A DNA stretch of 64,000 nt, taken from the NCBI RefSeq assembly GCF_000143415.4, contig NW_003314274.1, positions 1,564,851-1,628,850 of the forward strand. The letters are read 5' to 3'. The stretch comes from Selaginella moellendorffii. Lineage: Eukaryota; Plantae; Lycopodiophyta. Shown here one piece after another: positions 35,488 through 47,500 of this stretch (the first letter of the stretch is position 1; each line of letters starts with the position of its first letter). The notes beneath the pieces are model-generated. The model saw only the letters and a list, made by a program, of their open reading frames with translations, ran no database searches and was not told the DNA's origin. Both the position numbers and the translations under genes were made by a program.

Positions 35488-38400
35488 GAGCTGTCTGTTT
35501 GGACTCCCTGAATAAAAATCACTTTTCTTCTTTATCAAGCTCCTCACCACCTTTCATCAAAGCCACCACCAATTCCCGCAACTTCCGCGTCCCATGTCTC
35601 CTTTCTTTCACCGGACAATCAGGACTCAAAGCTCTGGCGTTACTGGACTCGGGTGCAACTTCCTGCTTCATGGACACGGACTTTGCTGCCCGACATCACG
35701 TTCCTCTTTCTCCTACCATACGGGATTTGAGGGTTGAAGGCATCGGCGGGCATTTTGTGTCTCCATCTTCTGGACTTAGGGAAACGTTGCCCGTTCGAGT
35801 ACACATCGGGTCCACCGTCACCGATATCGCCTTCAACATCATCAACAGCAAGTCCTCCTCTGTGGTGCTCGGTCTTCCTTGGTTCCAACTACATCAGCCT
35901 CAAATCTGTTGGAAGGAATTACAGCTCATCCCTCCCACGGCTTCCCCTACTGTTCATCGAGTTCGAATCAGGAAAAGTTCCCTAAACTCAAATCGGGGTT
36001 CTGTTCCTAACTCTATAAAGTTTTCACCCTCTTCTTTTTCCTCTCTTCCATCTTACACTGGACCGTATGCTCGTCTCATCATTCCATTTAGTCGTACGCC
36101 TCCTCCTATCTCCACAATCACTATGAAAGAACTCCTTCATGAAGAACCTCTTTTTCTTTTTGCTTTGCATGTTTTTCCTGTTAGTCTTTCTGAGAAGTAT
36201 CATGATTTTGGGGATGTGTTTGACAAGAAAAAAGCTAGTGTACTGCCTGTTCATCGGCCTTATGATTGTCCCATTGATTTACAGGAAGGAGCGTCACCTC
36301 CGTGGGGGCCTATCTACGGGTTATCCCCGTCCGAGCTTAAGGCCCTCAAAGAGTACGTGGATGAGAACCTTGCCTCGGGCTACATTCAGCATTCGCAGTC
36401 CCCGGCTGGAGTGCCTGTCTTCTTTGTCAAGAAGAAGGATGGGAGCTTGCGGCTAGTCATCGACTACCAAGGTTTGAACAAGGTGACTGTTCGGAACCGT
36501 TATCCGCTGCCCCTGATCTCGGACCTGTTGGAACGTCTCGGCGGTGCCCGCTTCTTCACCAAGATCGACCTCCGTGGAGCATACAACCTGATCCGGATCC
36601 GGCCTGGTGATGAATGGAAGACTGCGTTCCAAACCCGCTATGGCCACTTCGAGTACACTGTCATGCCATTTGGCTTGACAAATGCTCCAGCAGTTTTCCA
36701 ACACATGGCGAACGACGTCTTTCGGGAGTTTCTTGATCAGATGGTGATCGTCTACCTCAATGACATCCTCATCTACTCAAAAACTCAGGAGGAGCATGAC
36801 GAACATGTACGCAAGGTGCTAGCGAAGCTGCGAGAATACGGCCTATACGCGAAGCTTGAGAAATGTTCCTTTGATCAGCAGTCTGTGGAGTTCCTTGGGT
36901 ACATTGTCACTCCTGAGGGTATCACGATGGATCCTGCCAAAGTCAAGACTATTCTCGAATGGGAGCCTCTACAATCAATGTCGGACATTCAGGTTTTCCT
37001 TGGCTTCGCCAACTTCTACCGCAAATTCATTGATCACTACTCTGACATTGTCCTTCCTCTCACACATCTCACTCGCAAGGATGTTCCCTTCTCTTGGTTT
37101 GCTGCTGCCCAGCAAGCCTTCGACACACTCAAGGCGGCCTTCAGTTCTGCTCCTGTCTTGATCCATGCTGATTCCTCACAACCTTTCTTCATCGAGGCTG
37201 ATGCCTCCGACTTTGCCATTGGTATTGTGCTGTCTCAACTCGGAGCGGATCACAAACTTCATCCGGTCGCTTTCCATTCTCAGAAATTCCAGCTTGCGGA
37301 GATCAATTACAAAATCCACGACAAGGAGCTCCTTGCCATCGTGGATTCCTTTGGAGAGTGGCGCCGTTTCTTGGAGGGGGCAAGCCATCAAACAACAGTC
37401 TGGACGGATCACAAAAATCTCGAGTACTTTGCCACTTCCCGAGTTTTAAGCCGTCGTCAAGCAAGGTGGGCACAATTCCTAAGTTGGTTTGACTTTGTTA
37501 TCAAGTACAGACCTGGAAAGTTTCAAGGCCTTTCTGATGCTCTTTCAAGGCGCTCCTATCTCAGTCTCAGGCCTGGTAATCCTGCCTTCGATCAACAGGA
37601 TCAAGTTATCCTCGGTCCTGATCGGCTTCAAGTTATGGCAATTTCCCTGGCCCCTCAGGACTCCTCCTTGATGGATGCAATCAGAAACGATCTTCAATCC
37701 GATGATCTCGCTAGCGACATTTGCCCCCATCTTCAGGCTGGACACCCAGTGACTCCCGACTGTCGGCGATTTGACGAGTTCAAGTTCTTAGATGGTTTAT
37801 TGTACCGTGGGGAGCAGCTTTACGTTCCTGAAGGTGATGCTCGAAGGTTGGTCCTGATGGTGTGCCACGATAGCCCGACTGCTGGTCACTTCGGCATTGC
37901 GAAAACCTATGAGCTAGTTGCACGGGACTTTTGGTGGCCTCACATGGACGACTACATCAAAGCTTTTGTTACCTCCTGTGACACTTGTGCCCGGAATAAG
38001 GTACCTCGCCACCTTCCTTCAGGTTTGCTTCGTTCCCTTCCGGTCCCTTCAGGTCCTTGGGAATCCATCTCCATGGATTTCTTGAGTGATCTTCCGAGTT
38101 CTGGAGGCTTCAACAGCATTTTAGTCGTGGTGGATCGCTTCACAAAGATGGCGCACTTCTTGCCATGTACCAAGGAGTTTTCGGGTGAGGACATGGCAAA
38201 ACTGGTATTCAGGGAAATTTTCTGACTTCATGGGATTCCTACAGATGTGGTTTCAGATCGGGGGCCTCAGTTCATCTCTCATTTCTGGCAACGGTTTTTG
38301 CAGCTGCTTGGAGTGAAGGCTAACCTCTCTTCGGCATATCATCCTCAAACTGATGGGCAGTTCGAGCGAACGATTCAGACGTTGGAACAATTCTTGAGGT

Positions 38401-39218
38401 GCTTCATCAACTATCATCAGGATAACTGGTTCAATATCCTTCCTCTTGCTGAGTTCTCCTATAACAACTCTGTTCACTCCTCTCTTCGAGTTTCCCCCTT
38501 CTTTGCAAACTCTGGCCAAAATCCCCGATTCAATCTCTCACTTCCTTCTCCATCTGAATCCTCTCGTTCAAATCCCCGCTCTGAGGCATTTATCTCCAAC
38601 CTCCAGGAAATCCACAACTCCATCTCCTTCCACCTCCATCGTGCTCAAGAATCTCATAAAACATTTGCCAATGTCCATCGTCAGGATTGTCCCCCTCACA
38701 ATATCGGGGATAAAGTCTGGCTCCTCAGGCGAAATATCTCCACCACCAGGCCCTATCCAAAACTCAATTTCAAACGCCTTGGTCCTTTCCCTATCACTGC
38801 CATCATTAATCCTGTCACTTATCGCCTTGCACTTCCCTCCTCATATCAAATTCACCCTGTTTTTCACTCCTCTCTCCTTGAGCCTTATATTCCCAGTCCT
38901 ATTCCAAATCGGGTCATTCCTCTGCCTCCACCAGTGCAGCTCGAGGATGGGTCTGAGTACGAGGTTCAGGACATCCTTGATTCCAAGATTTCACGGTCTA
39001 AACTCTACTATCTGGTGGACTGGAAGGGTTACGGACCTGAGGAACGCACTTGGGAACCTGTGGACAACCTAATTCATTCTCCTGACCTTGTTTAGGACTT
39101 CCACCGCCGCTATCCTTCTCGTCCCAGTCCTCATTTTTTTTCTCTATCTCCCATCCCTCGCTGCTCATCTCATCCTCCTCTTCGTTCTAGTTCACATCCT
39201 CGTTCCACTCGTTCTTGA
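35460..39218 (+). pseudogene. pol: pol (protease, RT, RNase H, integrase, chromodomain) in -1 frame, with nonsense codons
   Basis: 'LLDSGAT' protease; 'KIDLRGAYNLIRI', 'MPFGLTNAPAVFQ' and 'VYLND' (YxDD altered) RT; 'EADASDFAIG' RNase H; HHCC, 'SDRGPQF' and GPF integrase; 'EYEVQDILDS...YLVDWKGYGPEERTWEP' chromodomain. Stops at 38223 (TGA) and 39093 (TAG). Confidence 0.95.
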
Positions 39219-39229
39219 GGAGGGGGTGC

Positions 39230-39616
39230 TGTCAGGAATCCCCCAATTCTTGCCACATTCTTGACTCTTGCCGGATTCCTGACCTGCAAACCACATTCCT
39301 GACTCTCGAGACACTTCCCTATTCCTGACTCTCGAGACACTTCCCTATTCCTAACTCTCGAGACACTTCCAGATTCCTGAGTCTCGAGCCACATTCCTGA
39401 TGATGATGTGGCACCTCCTCGACCTCAGCTATATTTAGGCCGTCCTCGATTCAAAAGTGGTGGAGCTTCATCAACCTATAGTATATATAGGTTAGCCTTG
39501 TTCCATTTCTCCACAATCTGAATCAACACCAATCTAAGGCCTTTTCTTTGTTTTCACTAGCTTTTTCTCTTTATCTTTAGCATTTTCTAGTCTTGATCTT
39601 GTTGGGGGTCTTGACA
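39230..39616 (+). repeat. 3' LTR
   Basis: Near-identical copy of 34032-34418, preceded by the PPT and followed by TSD CGTTA. Confidence 0.97.
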
Positions 39617-41401
39617 CGTTACACATATATTACTTATATACTAATTGTTCCAAGACTGAGGCAGTTGAACAAAGAACAAAAGTTTGATAACAACACTCTA
39701 ATCATCATTCTTGTAATTGTGAAAAATGTTAGATTTGGATGAGAAAGCATGAGATTTTTAATATCATCATAAATTCTTATGGTGGAAATACTCCTTGAGA
39801 GTTGCATTATCCCATGAAATATTAGTGCGAACGTTATTAATGTTGGCATTGACATGATCAAAACAACCTTTAGCTTAATAACTCCCAGTATTGTAAAGCT
39901 CCACAAGGAATGAAAGACAAATTTGGACACAAATACTACACCTTATTTATATTTTAGTTTCAGTAAGCTATTATTATAAGGAGTCAAGGTCCATCATATC
40001 AGCTAGGTTTGCAATATCACCTTATTTTTACCATCCTAGCTATTGTCCACATGGCTTTTTGCCATTTAGTAGACTACCCTTCTTCATCTGGCTTCTCTAG
40101 TTGCTTCAACTTCTTCCTCTATAGGTAAGCCAAGGTCTTTGGGATGATGATGCCTTCAGAAGAGGTCATCTAGGAAAGTAACTCACACCCGAAATACAAA
40201 CTCCTTAACTTTCTCCATGCCTTTTAGTATCACGTACCTTATCTCAATGCCCATACCATCACCTTGTAGTAGAATGCAACACCTCTCTTCTGCATGTTTT
40301 TACAAGCTGAACAAATGGGAAGCATGGCCCACACAATAAGTCCACCATGGCCTGCCATAAAGACCTTTTCATCAAATTTTTATGATTCATGTTGACACCC
40401 TAATTGAATAGCTGCCTGAAGGTTTTTGACATTACAATCATATCATTCTTCAACCTCATGGCGAATTTAAATGAAACTATATTGAATAACTTCCCAATCC
40501 CCATTCACCCATTTGATCCATGGGTCTCCTTCCTATTTACCATTTTATCCCTTACACCCATGTTTTTGCCAGTTTAGGGTTTAGGGTTTAGTGCTGGCCC
40601 CTAGGTCTTTATCTTCAATGAGGTTTTCAGCTATGTCTTTGCTGATGGGCTTGTAAACTCTAAGCTCATCATTGATACCTCCTTATCATTGATATCTGAT
40701 GCACTCTGCATTTCCAAGTCAGTGTCCAACTCATGCCTTTGTTCAAGCATACTAGCAAGTGCCACTGTAATGGTTATATGGTGCTAGGAGAGGCATTAAT
40801 CTGATCCTCATATTATATCCTGTGGGGAAGGTAAAATTAAAAGTAAAGGCATCTCAAAAAAAAGTGATTATACCATGGATCTATACATTTTTCCCTCCCT
40901 AGTGGTTTTGCAAGATTTTCAAATTTCAGCACTCCAAAACGGAGTACAGCCATTTCTAAAAGATTTTGAAGAATATTCTCCCACTAGTGCGAGTACTTTC
41001 ATTCTCTTTTGAAATAGTCAACAGTGGGAAATGATGACATTATTATTTTTCCTTTCCTCTACGAGGATCAGATTTACACTTGGATAAGCTTTGATTTGCT
41101 TATCAGCAGATGATAGGATCTCAGCATCTGGTAATTCACCTTCAAAGGCAGCTTCCCCAAATGGCAAATTTGAAGCTGGCAGGAATGTCAAATACAAAGG
41201 ACAAATGAGCTGCAACATCATCGGGAAGAATTCTTAGAGTTCCTCTAAGCATGCACAACATCTGGATCTGGCTTGAGACCATCCGCCTGAGAAACGACAG
41301 TCATCAGCGAGAAGCGCCAAACTTTTAGGGCAGATATTATCAACTTTTAGGCCAAAATATTAAGACCTAGAGACTTTCCTTTTAGGGAAGTATATTCTAG
41401 A

Positions 41402-42177
41402 ATGTGGTGGAACGAGGTTCGTATGCTCGCCTCTTTCGCTTTCTCTTACACGAGCAGAAGGATCCCGTGCTGTGGCGCCGGCGATGGCCGCGAGGAGAAG
41501 CTGATGGATCATGTGCTGCAGAATGCCGAGCGGAATCCAGAGTCTGTGATCCAAACCATGGATGCGTTTGCGAAATCGGGCACCTGGTTCATGTCCATCG
41601 GCGATCGCAAGGGTAAGATTCTCGATGCCGCGCTCCAGAAGAGAAAGCCGGCGCTCGTGCTGGAGCTCGGATCCTACTGCGGTTACTCGGCCGTGAGGAT
41701 CGCGTCCCAGCTGGCGATTCCAGGCAGCAAGCTGTTCACTGTGGAGATCAATCCTCGCTATGCCGACATTGCCAGGCAGATTATCGATCACGCAGGTAGG
41801 GCCATTCTTTGTCTGTACATTCCTCACTTTGAATATCTCCAGGCCTGTCTTCTCAGATCCATCAGCTTCCGGGACCTTTGAGCAGTCAGATCGAAGCTCT
41901 CCAGCTTGCGCTCAAGAGCTCCTCCTTAGATTTTGTTTTCATGGATCATAGCAAGGATTACTACTTGGAAGACTATCTACTGCTCAAGAACTTTAAGCTC
42001 ATTGGAGATGGCTCTGTAGTCTTCGCGGATAACATGGGATTCCCGGGCTCGCCACAGTTTTGGAACTATCTCCACAGAGGGGAGGGCCAGGAGCTAGAAA
42101 CGGAGTACCATCAAACGAAGGTGGAGTATCTTGACTGGATCAATGATACAGTCGCCATATCTACCTTTCGTGGATGA
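41402..42177 (+). CDS. Catechol O-methyltransferase, animal/fungal/bacterial COMT type, copy 1 (exons 41402-41795, 41843-42177)
   Basis: 'MSIGDRKGKILD', 'LVLELGSYCGYSA', 'TVEINP', 'DFVFMDHSKDYYLED', 'VVFADN', 'VEY'; 47-nt GT-AG intron. Confidence 0.9.
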
Positions 42178-42465
42178 ATGGTAAGTGAGCTACAGCGTTT
42201 TCTTTCTTGTTTCAAATGCTTTCTACCATTCTCAACTGCAGTTCTCTAGGTAGCTACCTTTCCTTTTCGATCAGCCTGCCAAAGAAAAAAAAAGAAAAAA
42301 GCCCATCTCAGTCGTGAGTCGTGACTGAAGTTACTTAAAGGACAGTGGAGTTTTGGTCCCACATATTGCCAGCCTCTCGTGAGAAGGTTTTGAAAGGTTT
42401 CTCTCTGGATCTGATGTATTTGTGATTTGAGCAGGAAGGGGGGATTGAGGGCTTGCACGTCAGTC

Positions 42466-43250
42466 ATGTGGAAGGGAGTCGTCACTTTCCTGTCGTTCGG
42501 AAAGTTCATGGGGGGATTTTTCTTCCATGGCTGGGGTGGTGATGGCAGGGAGGAACAGCTGCTGGAGTATGTGCTAGAAAACGCGGAACGAGGTAACCCC
42601 CAGTCGGTTATACAGGCTGTGGACGAATTTGCACGCTCCGGCACCTGGTTTATGAACGTTGGAGAGGAAAAGGGCCGCATTTTGGACTCGTCAATCGCCA
42701 AGAAGAATCCTCAGCTCGTTCTCGAGCTCGGAACTTACTGTGGCTACTCGGCTGTGAGAATGGCAGCAAATCTCAAACACCCCGACAGCAAGCTGATCTC
42801 GCTGGAGCTCACTCCTCACATCGCTGACATCGCTAGAAGGATCATCGACCACGCAGGTTTGCTTCTTGCTTTTCTTTCGTGGCGAGCACGTCAAACTTTC
42901 TTTCAGGGCTTTCGTCCAAAGTGGAGGTGCTGCTGGCGCCACTGAGCCGTCAGATCGACACCATAAAGTCGACTCTGGCCAAGACGAACGGGCAGTGCTT
43001 CGATTTCGTGTTCGTGGATCACGATAAAGACTTGTACTTGCCGGACTACTTGCTGCTCAAGGAGAAGGGTCTCATCGACGAAGGGAGCGTGATCTTCGCG
43101 GACAACATGGGGTTCCCAGGCTCTCCAAAGTTCTGGAGCTACATCCAATCGCATCCTCAGGAGCTGGAGACCGAGGTCCACAAATCTGCCGTGGAGTACA
43201 TTAGTTGGATCCGCGACACAGTGACAGTCTCTACGTTCCACAAGCTCTAA
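42466..43250 (+). CDS. Catechol O-methyltransferase, copy 2 (exons 42466-42856, 42907-43250)
   Basis: 'MNVGEEKGRILD', 'LVLELGTYCGYSAVRMA', 'DFVFVDHDKDLYLPD', 'VIFADN', 'VEY'; 50-nt intron at the same position as in copy 1. Confidence 0.92.
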
Positions 43251-43521
43251 GAGTCGATAGCTAGTCAAATAATAGTCAACTAAGTTAAATTAATTTACAG
43301 TCCACTAAAAGAGTCAAAGATATTTTTCCACGTGTTGGGTTCTTCTAGAAACACGTAAATGGCGGTCGCCCTAACTGGGTTGTGCAGCTCTTTCTTCGCA
43401 GTCACTGGCTAGCCGTGGCGGTGAGGCTCTAGAGGGCGTGTAGCGCGTGATTGGTTCTCTTAAAACCCTATTTTCCCCATTTTTTTGCTTTTAATCGAAT
43501 CTATTGATCAATCTTTTAGCT

Positions 43522-44389
43522 ATGGCGACGGATCATGCGCAGCAGCAGCAGCAGCAGGAGGTGATCGAGGTAAGTTACAAAGCAATGCAATGCATCATAG
43601 CGTTAGAATCACACTACTTTTTTCTCTTGATTGATTGATTGATTGATTGATCGATTGATCGATTGGTTTCTACAGGAGGAAGAAGTATCCTCGCCCAAGC
43701 TTAGGTATCTGGGATGCTTCCAAGCGGCCGGGCAAAAGGCCACTGGCTATGTCGCGACGATCTACGAGCTCGCGAAAGAGAATTCCGGGCCGCTCAAGCC
43801 CGGCGTGGATAGCATCGAAGGAACCGTGAAAACAGTCGTGGGTCCTGTCTATGACAAGTTTGAGGGCAAGCCCACGGAATTCCTCGAGTTCCTGGACAAG
43901 AAGGTACCCGATCCATAGGAAGGTTTCGAGATCTTTGCTAACGCGAGAGCGTTTTCTCCAATCCAGGTCGGGGAGACGCTCGTTGTGCTGGATCAAAGGC
44001 TTCCTCCGGTAGTCAAGGACACGACCCAGCGCGCGTTCGATGTGGCCAAGCAGGCGCCCGACGCCGCCAAGACCGTGGTCGCGGACGTCCAGAAGAACGG
44101 CCTCTACGAGTCCGCGCGCGTCTACTACGTCAAGTACGAGCCCATCGCCGAGGCGTGGACGATCGAGGGGCTCAAGAAGCTCAAGACGTTCCCGGGCGTC
44201 CCGCGCTTCATCGATCTGGTAGCTCCCTCGGCGCTCTTCGGCGCCGAGAAATTCAACCAGATCGTCTCCACCTTCAAGGATCGCAACGTCCCACTGTCGG
44301 GCTACATCCCGCTCGTCCCGGTGGAGAAGATCGAGCAGGCGCTCAGGGCGGATCCGCGCGAAACCCCGGTTGACAAACCTTCGTCGTGA
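43522..44389 (+). CDS. REF/SRPP family lipid droplet-associated protein (LDAP), 3 exons
   Basis: 'LRYLG..Q.A', 'YELAKENSGPLKPGVDSIEGTVKTVVGPVYDKF...P.EFLEFLDKKV' and 'YIPLVPVEKI'. Intron 1 carries a (GATT)n microsatellite; CACGTG at 43329. Confidence 0.93.
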
Positions 44390-44399
44390 TCTAAAGTTT

Positions 44400-44575
44400 C
44401 TTCTGTATAACTTAATCGTTTTGAATATTCGCGATTATAACTTCTAGATTCGGATCGTTTTAGAATATGCTTGAGACTATTCGAATCGTTTTGAATATTC
44501 GAGATTATTAGAATCGAATCTTGTAGAATATTTAAGATACTTCGAATTGTTTGGAATATTCGAGATTATTATTAT
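44400..44575. repeat. Degenerate ~30-bp tandem repeat between the convergent LDAP and HMA5 stop codons
   Basis: Repeated 'aatcgttttgaatattcgagattat'-like units, about 5 copies. Confidence 0.7.
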
Positions 44576-44577
44576 CG

Positions 44578-47500
44578 CTAGTGGACGATGAGCTCCAGTT
44601 TCTTTGGTCGCTTGTAATACTTGAGTAGCAGCGAGGAGCAAACCACGCTCACGGACGAGGCGGCCATAGCGGCACCGGCGATCCATGGTGGAAGCCGGAA
44701 TCTCGAGCAAGGATAGAGCACCCCGGCCGCGATTGGAATTCCCAGGACGTTGTATCCCAGAGCCCACACGTAGTTAAGACGAATCCTCGAGAACGTTTTC
44801 CTGGACAAGTCGATGGCGGTGACCACGTCTTCCAGGTGGCTCTTCATGAGGACAATGTCCGCCGCCTCAATCGCTATGTCGGTGCCGGCACCGATGGCCA
44901 CTCCAACGTCCGCGGCAACCAGAGCCGGGGAATCGTTGATACCATCTCCGACCATCGCGACCACCATGCCCGCGCTCTGAGCAAACGAGAAAGTTTAGCT
45001 GGAGGAAGAACAAACTTAAGAACTTACTTGCAACTCCTTCACTCTGTCAGCCTTTGCTTTGGGATCGGCCTCGGCGATGACGTCTTTCGGCTGGATGCCA
45101 ACTTCTCTAGCAACGGCGAGAGCTGTGCCTCGGTTATCTCCAGTCACTATGACGCTCTTGATGTTCATCAGCTTGAGCGTGGAGATCACGGCCGGTGCCT
45201 CTGGTTTCATCGGGTCTGCGACCGAGATAAGGCCCGTGAGTTCTCCGTCGATCGCAACCAGCACGGCGGTCCTGGCCAGCACCTCAACGTCTTGGAGCTG
45301 CTCTGAGGCTTGCGGAGGAAGTGAAATGCCGTTCTCCGATATGAGCTTGTAGTTCCCCACCAAAACTCGTTTTCCGGTCACCACTGCTTGAACTCCCTGA
45401 CCAGGAACAGCTCTAAAGTCCTGTACTTGGTGCTGCTCGAGTGGTTCTTGAAGTCTCAGACCTTTTGCGAATTCAACTATTGCCTTGGCCAGAGGATGCT
45501 CGCTGTTGGCCTGCGATAAAACCACCTTGTTAAATTGCTTTTGACAATATCTTTCTCAATACCTCCACACTAGCAACAATGCTGAAGAAGACCTTCAGAG
45601 CAATGTACCGAAATAGCTTCGTGTTAACAACACTCGGCTCTCCTTTCGTGAGAGTACCCGTTTTGTCAAACACAATGCAGTCAACCTGGAAGTCGTTTTA
45701 GCATACTGATGTTATCTCGCATTAAGTGAACTTCTTACCTTGCGTGCTGTCTCCAAAGCAGCACCACCTTTGATAAGGACGCCTTGCGTGGCTCCTTTTC
45801 CAGTTGAAACCATGACAGCAGTAGGCGTGGCCAGCCCCAAGGCGCAAGGACAAGCAATGACAAGCACAGCAATACCAAACTGAAGTGCTAGCTCAAATTC
45901 ATCCATGCTCGGTGGGATCCAAGACTTGGGATACCAGCTAGCTTTCCCAGCACAGAACCAGAAGCTCCATGTGAGAACTGATGCGCCAACAACCTGGAAA
46001 ATAAACCACGAGCATGTTATGTTCAGCAAAAAGCGGATGCTTACCATGGGAACGAAGTATTGAGATATACGGTCAGCAAACTTTTGAACGGGAGCTTTAG
46101 CCATCTGTGCCGCTTCCACCAGCCTAACTATCTGCGCAAGAGCCGTCTCAGATCCAACATGCGTTGCGCGGACATGTAACACTCCGTTTTCGTTCATAGT
46201 CCCACCAATGACTTTGTCACCACTTCGTTTTGCGACCGGCCGGGCTTCACCAGTGATCATGCTCTCGTTCACATGACTCTGTCCCCAAATCACCTCTCCA
46301 TCAGTTGGCACTTTGGAGCCAGGCAAAACTTTGACGACGTCGTTCCGTTGTACGAGCTGCGTAATGATTTCTCGCTCGAAAGTAACGTTTCCCTTCTCGT
46401 CCAGCGTCAGGAGAATGGCCGTATCAGGCGTGAGATTCATAAGCTTCGCGATGGCTTCAGACGTTTTCCCTTTGGCCAGAACCTCCAGGAACTTCCCCAG
46501 AAGAATAAACGATATGAGCATAGAACTCGTCTCGAAAAAGTCCGTCCCTTCAAACGAGTCAGACGTCGCAGATCTTAAAGCGGAGTAGACGGAGTAGAAG
46601 TACGCAGCATTCGTCCCGAGAGCTATGAGAACGTCCATGTTGGCCGAACCATGGCGTAGAGCATTGTAAGCCCCAACGTAGAACCGCCACCCGATGACGA
46701 ACTGGACAGGCGTAGACAAACTCCATCTCAGTATCTGCCCGACGGTGAGCATGTTGATCACCTTCCACCCGACGTATCTCTTCATCGTGCCCGGAGTGTA
46801 CATAAACACCATCCCCAGGAAGAACACCGGAACCGTGAAGACAATGCTCCATAAGAAGAGATTCCAATAGTGCTTGATCTCGCTCTTCATATCTGCTCGA
46901 CGGTCTGCTCCCATAGCCAAACTCGCCTTGTATACATTCGCCGGTCCTGTCTGCTCGATAATCTCTATGAAGCATCGCGGGCCTGTTAAGTCGGGATCGT
47001 AAGAAACCACCAGCCTTTCCTCCTTGAGAAAAAGCTCCACCTCCGTCACCCCAGCCAGAGCCTCCAGCGAGGTAACGATGTTTCTAAAGCCTTCCCGTGA
47101 ATGCACACCTTCCAGCTGCAAATGGACCTTGTTTCTTTCCTCTCCAGCGCTCACCAGCTCGGCCACGAAGCCAGCCTCCTCCACGGCTTCGATGAGTTTC
47201 GAGTAGCTAACCACGCTGGCGTCGTGAAAGATTTCGGCTTGCTCGGTCGCAAGGGCCACCACCGCACTCACCACCCCTGGGATTTTCCTGAGCGCCGCCT
47301 CAATGGCACCCGAGCACGACGTGCAAGTCATACCTCTCACCCGGATCCGGCACACTGAGTTGCGCGACTGCTCGATAGAATCTTTCAAGACGGTCGCGTC
47401 GAATCCAGCGTCAACAATGGCTTCGCGGATAGTCTCTACCTGGAATGAACAAGGCAACAAAGATATAAGACCAAAGTTCTTCGCTTAAAAAAAAAATAAA

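Larger units (their letters stand above)
34032..39616 (+). mobile_element. Full-length Ty3/gypsy chromovirus (Tcn1/Tf1-sushi-like) LTR retrotransposon
   Basis: LTRs 34032-34418 and 39230-39616 (387 bp each, TG...CA, ~9 differences, all transitions by eye). 5-bp TSD CGTTA at 34027-34031 and 39617-39621. PPT 'gaggagggggtgc' at 39217-39229. Domain order gag-PR-RT-RH-INT-chromodomain. Confidence 0.98.

Noticed and set aside
40572-40591. Interstitial (TTTAGGG)n as a telomere or regulatory site
   Set aside because: Under three units within a decayed repeat; possibly a repair scar, but no function can be supported.
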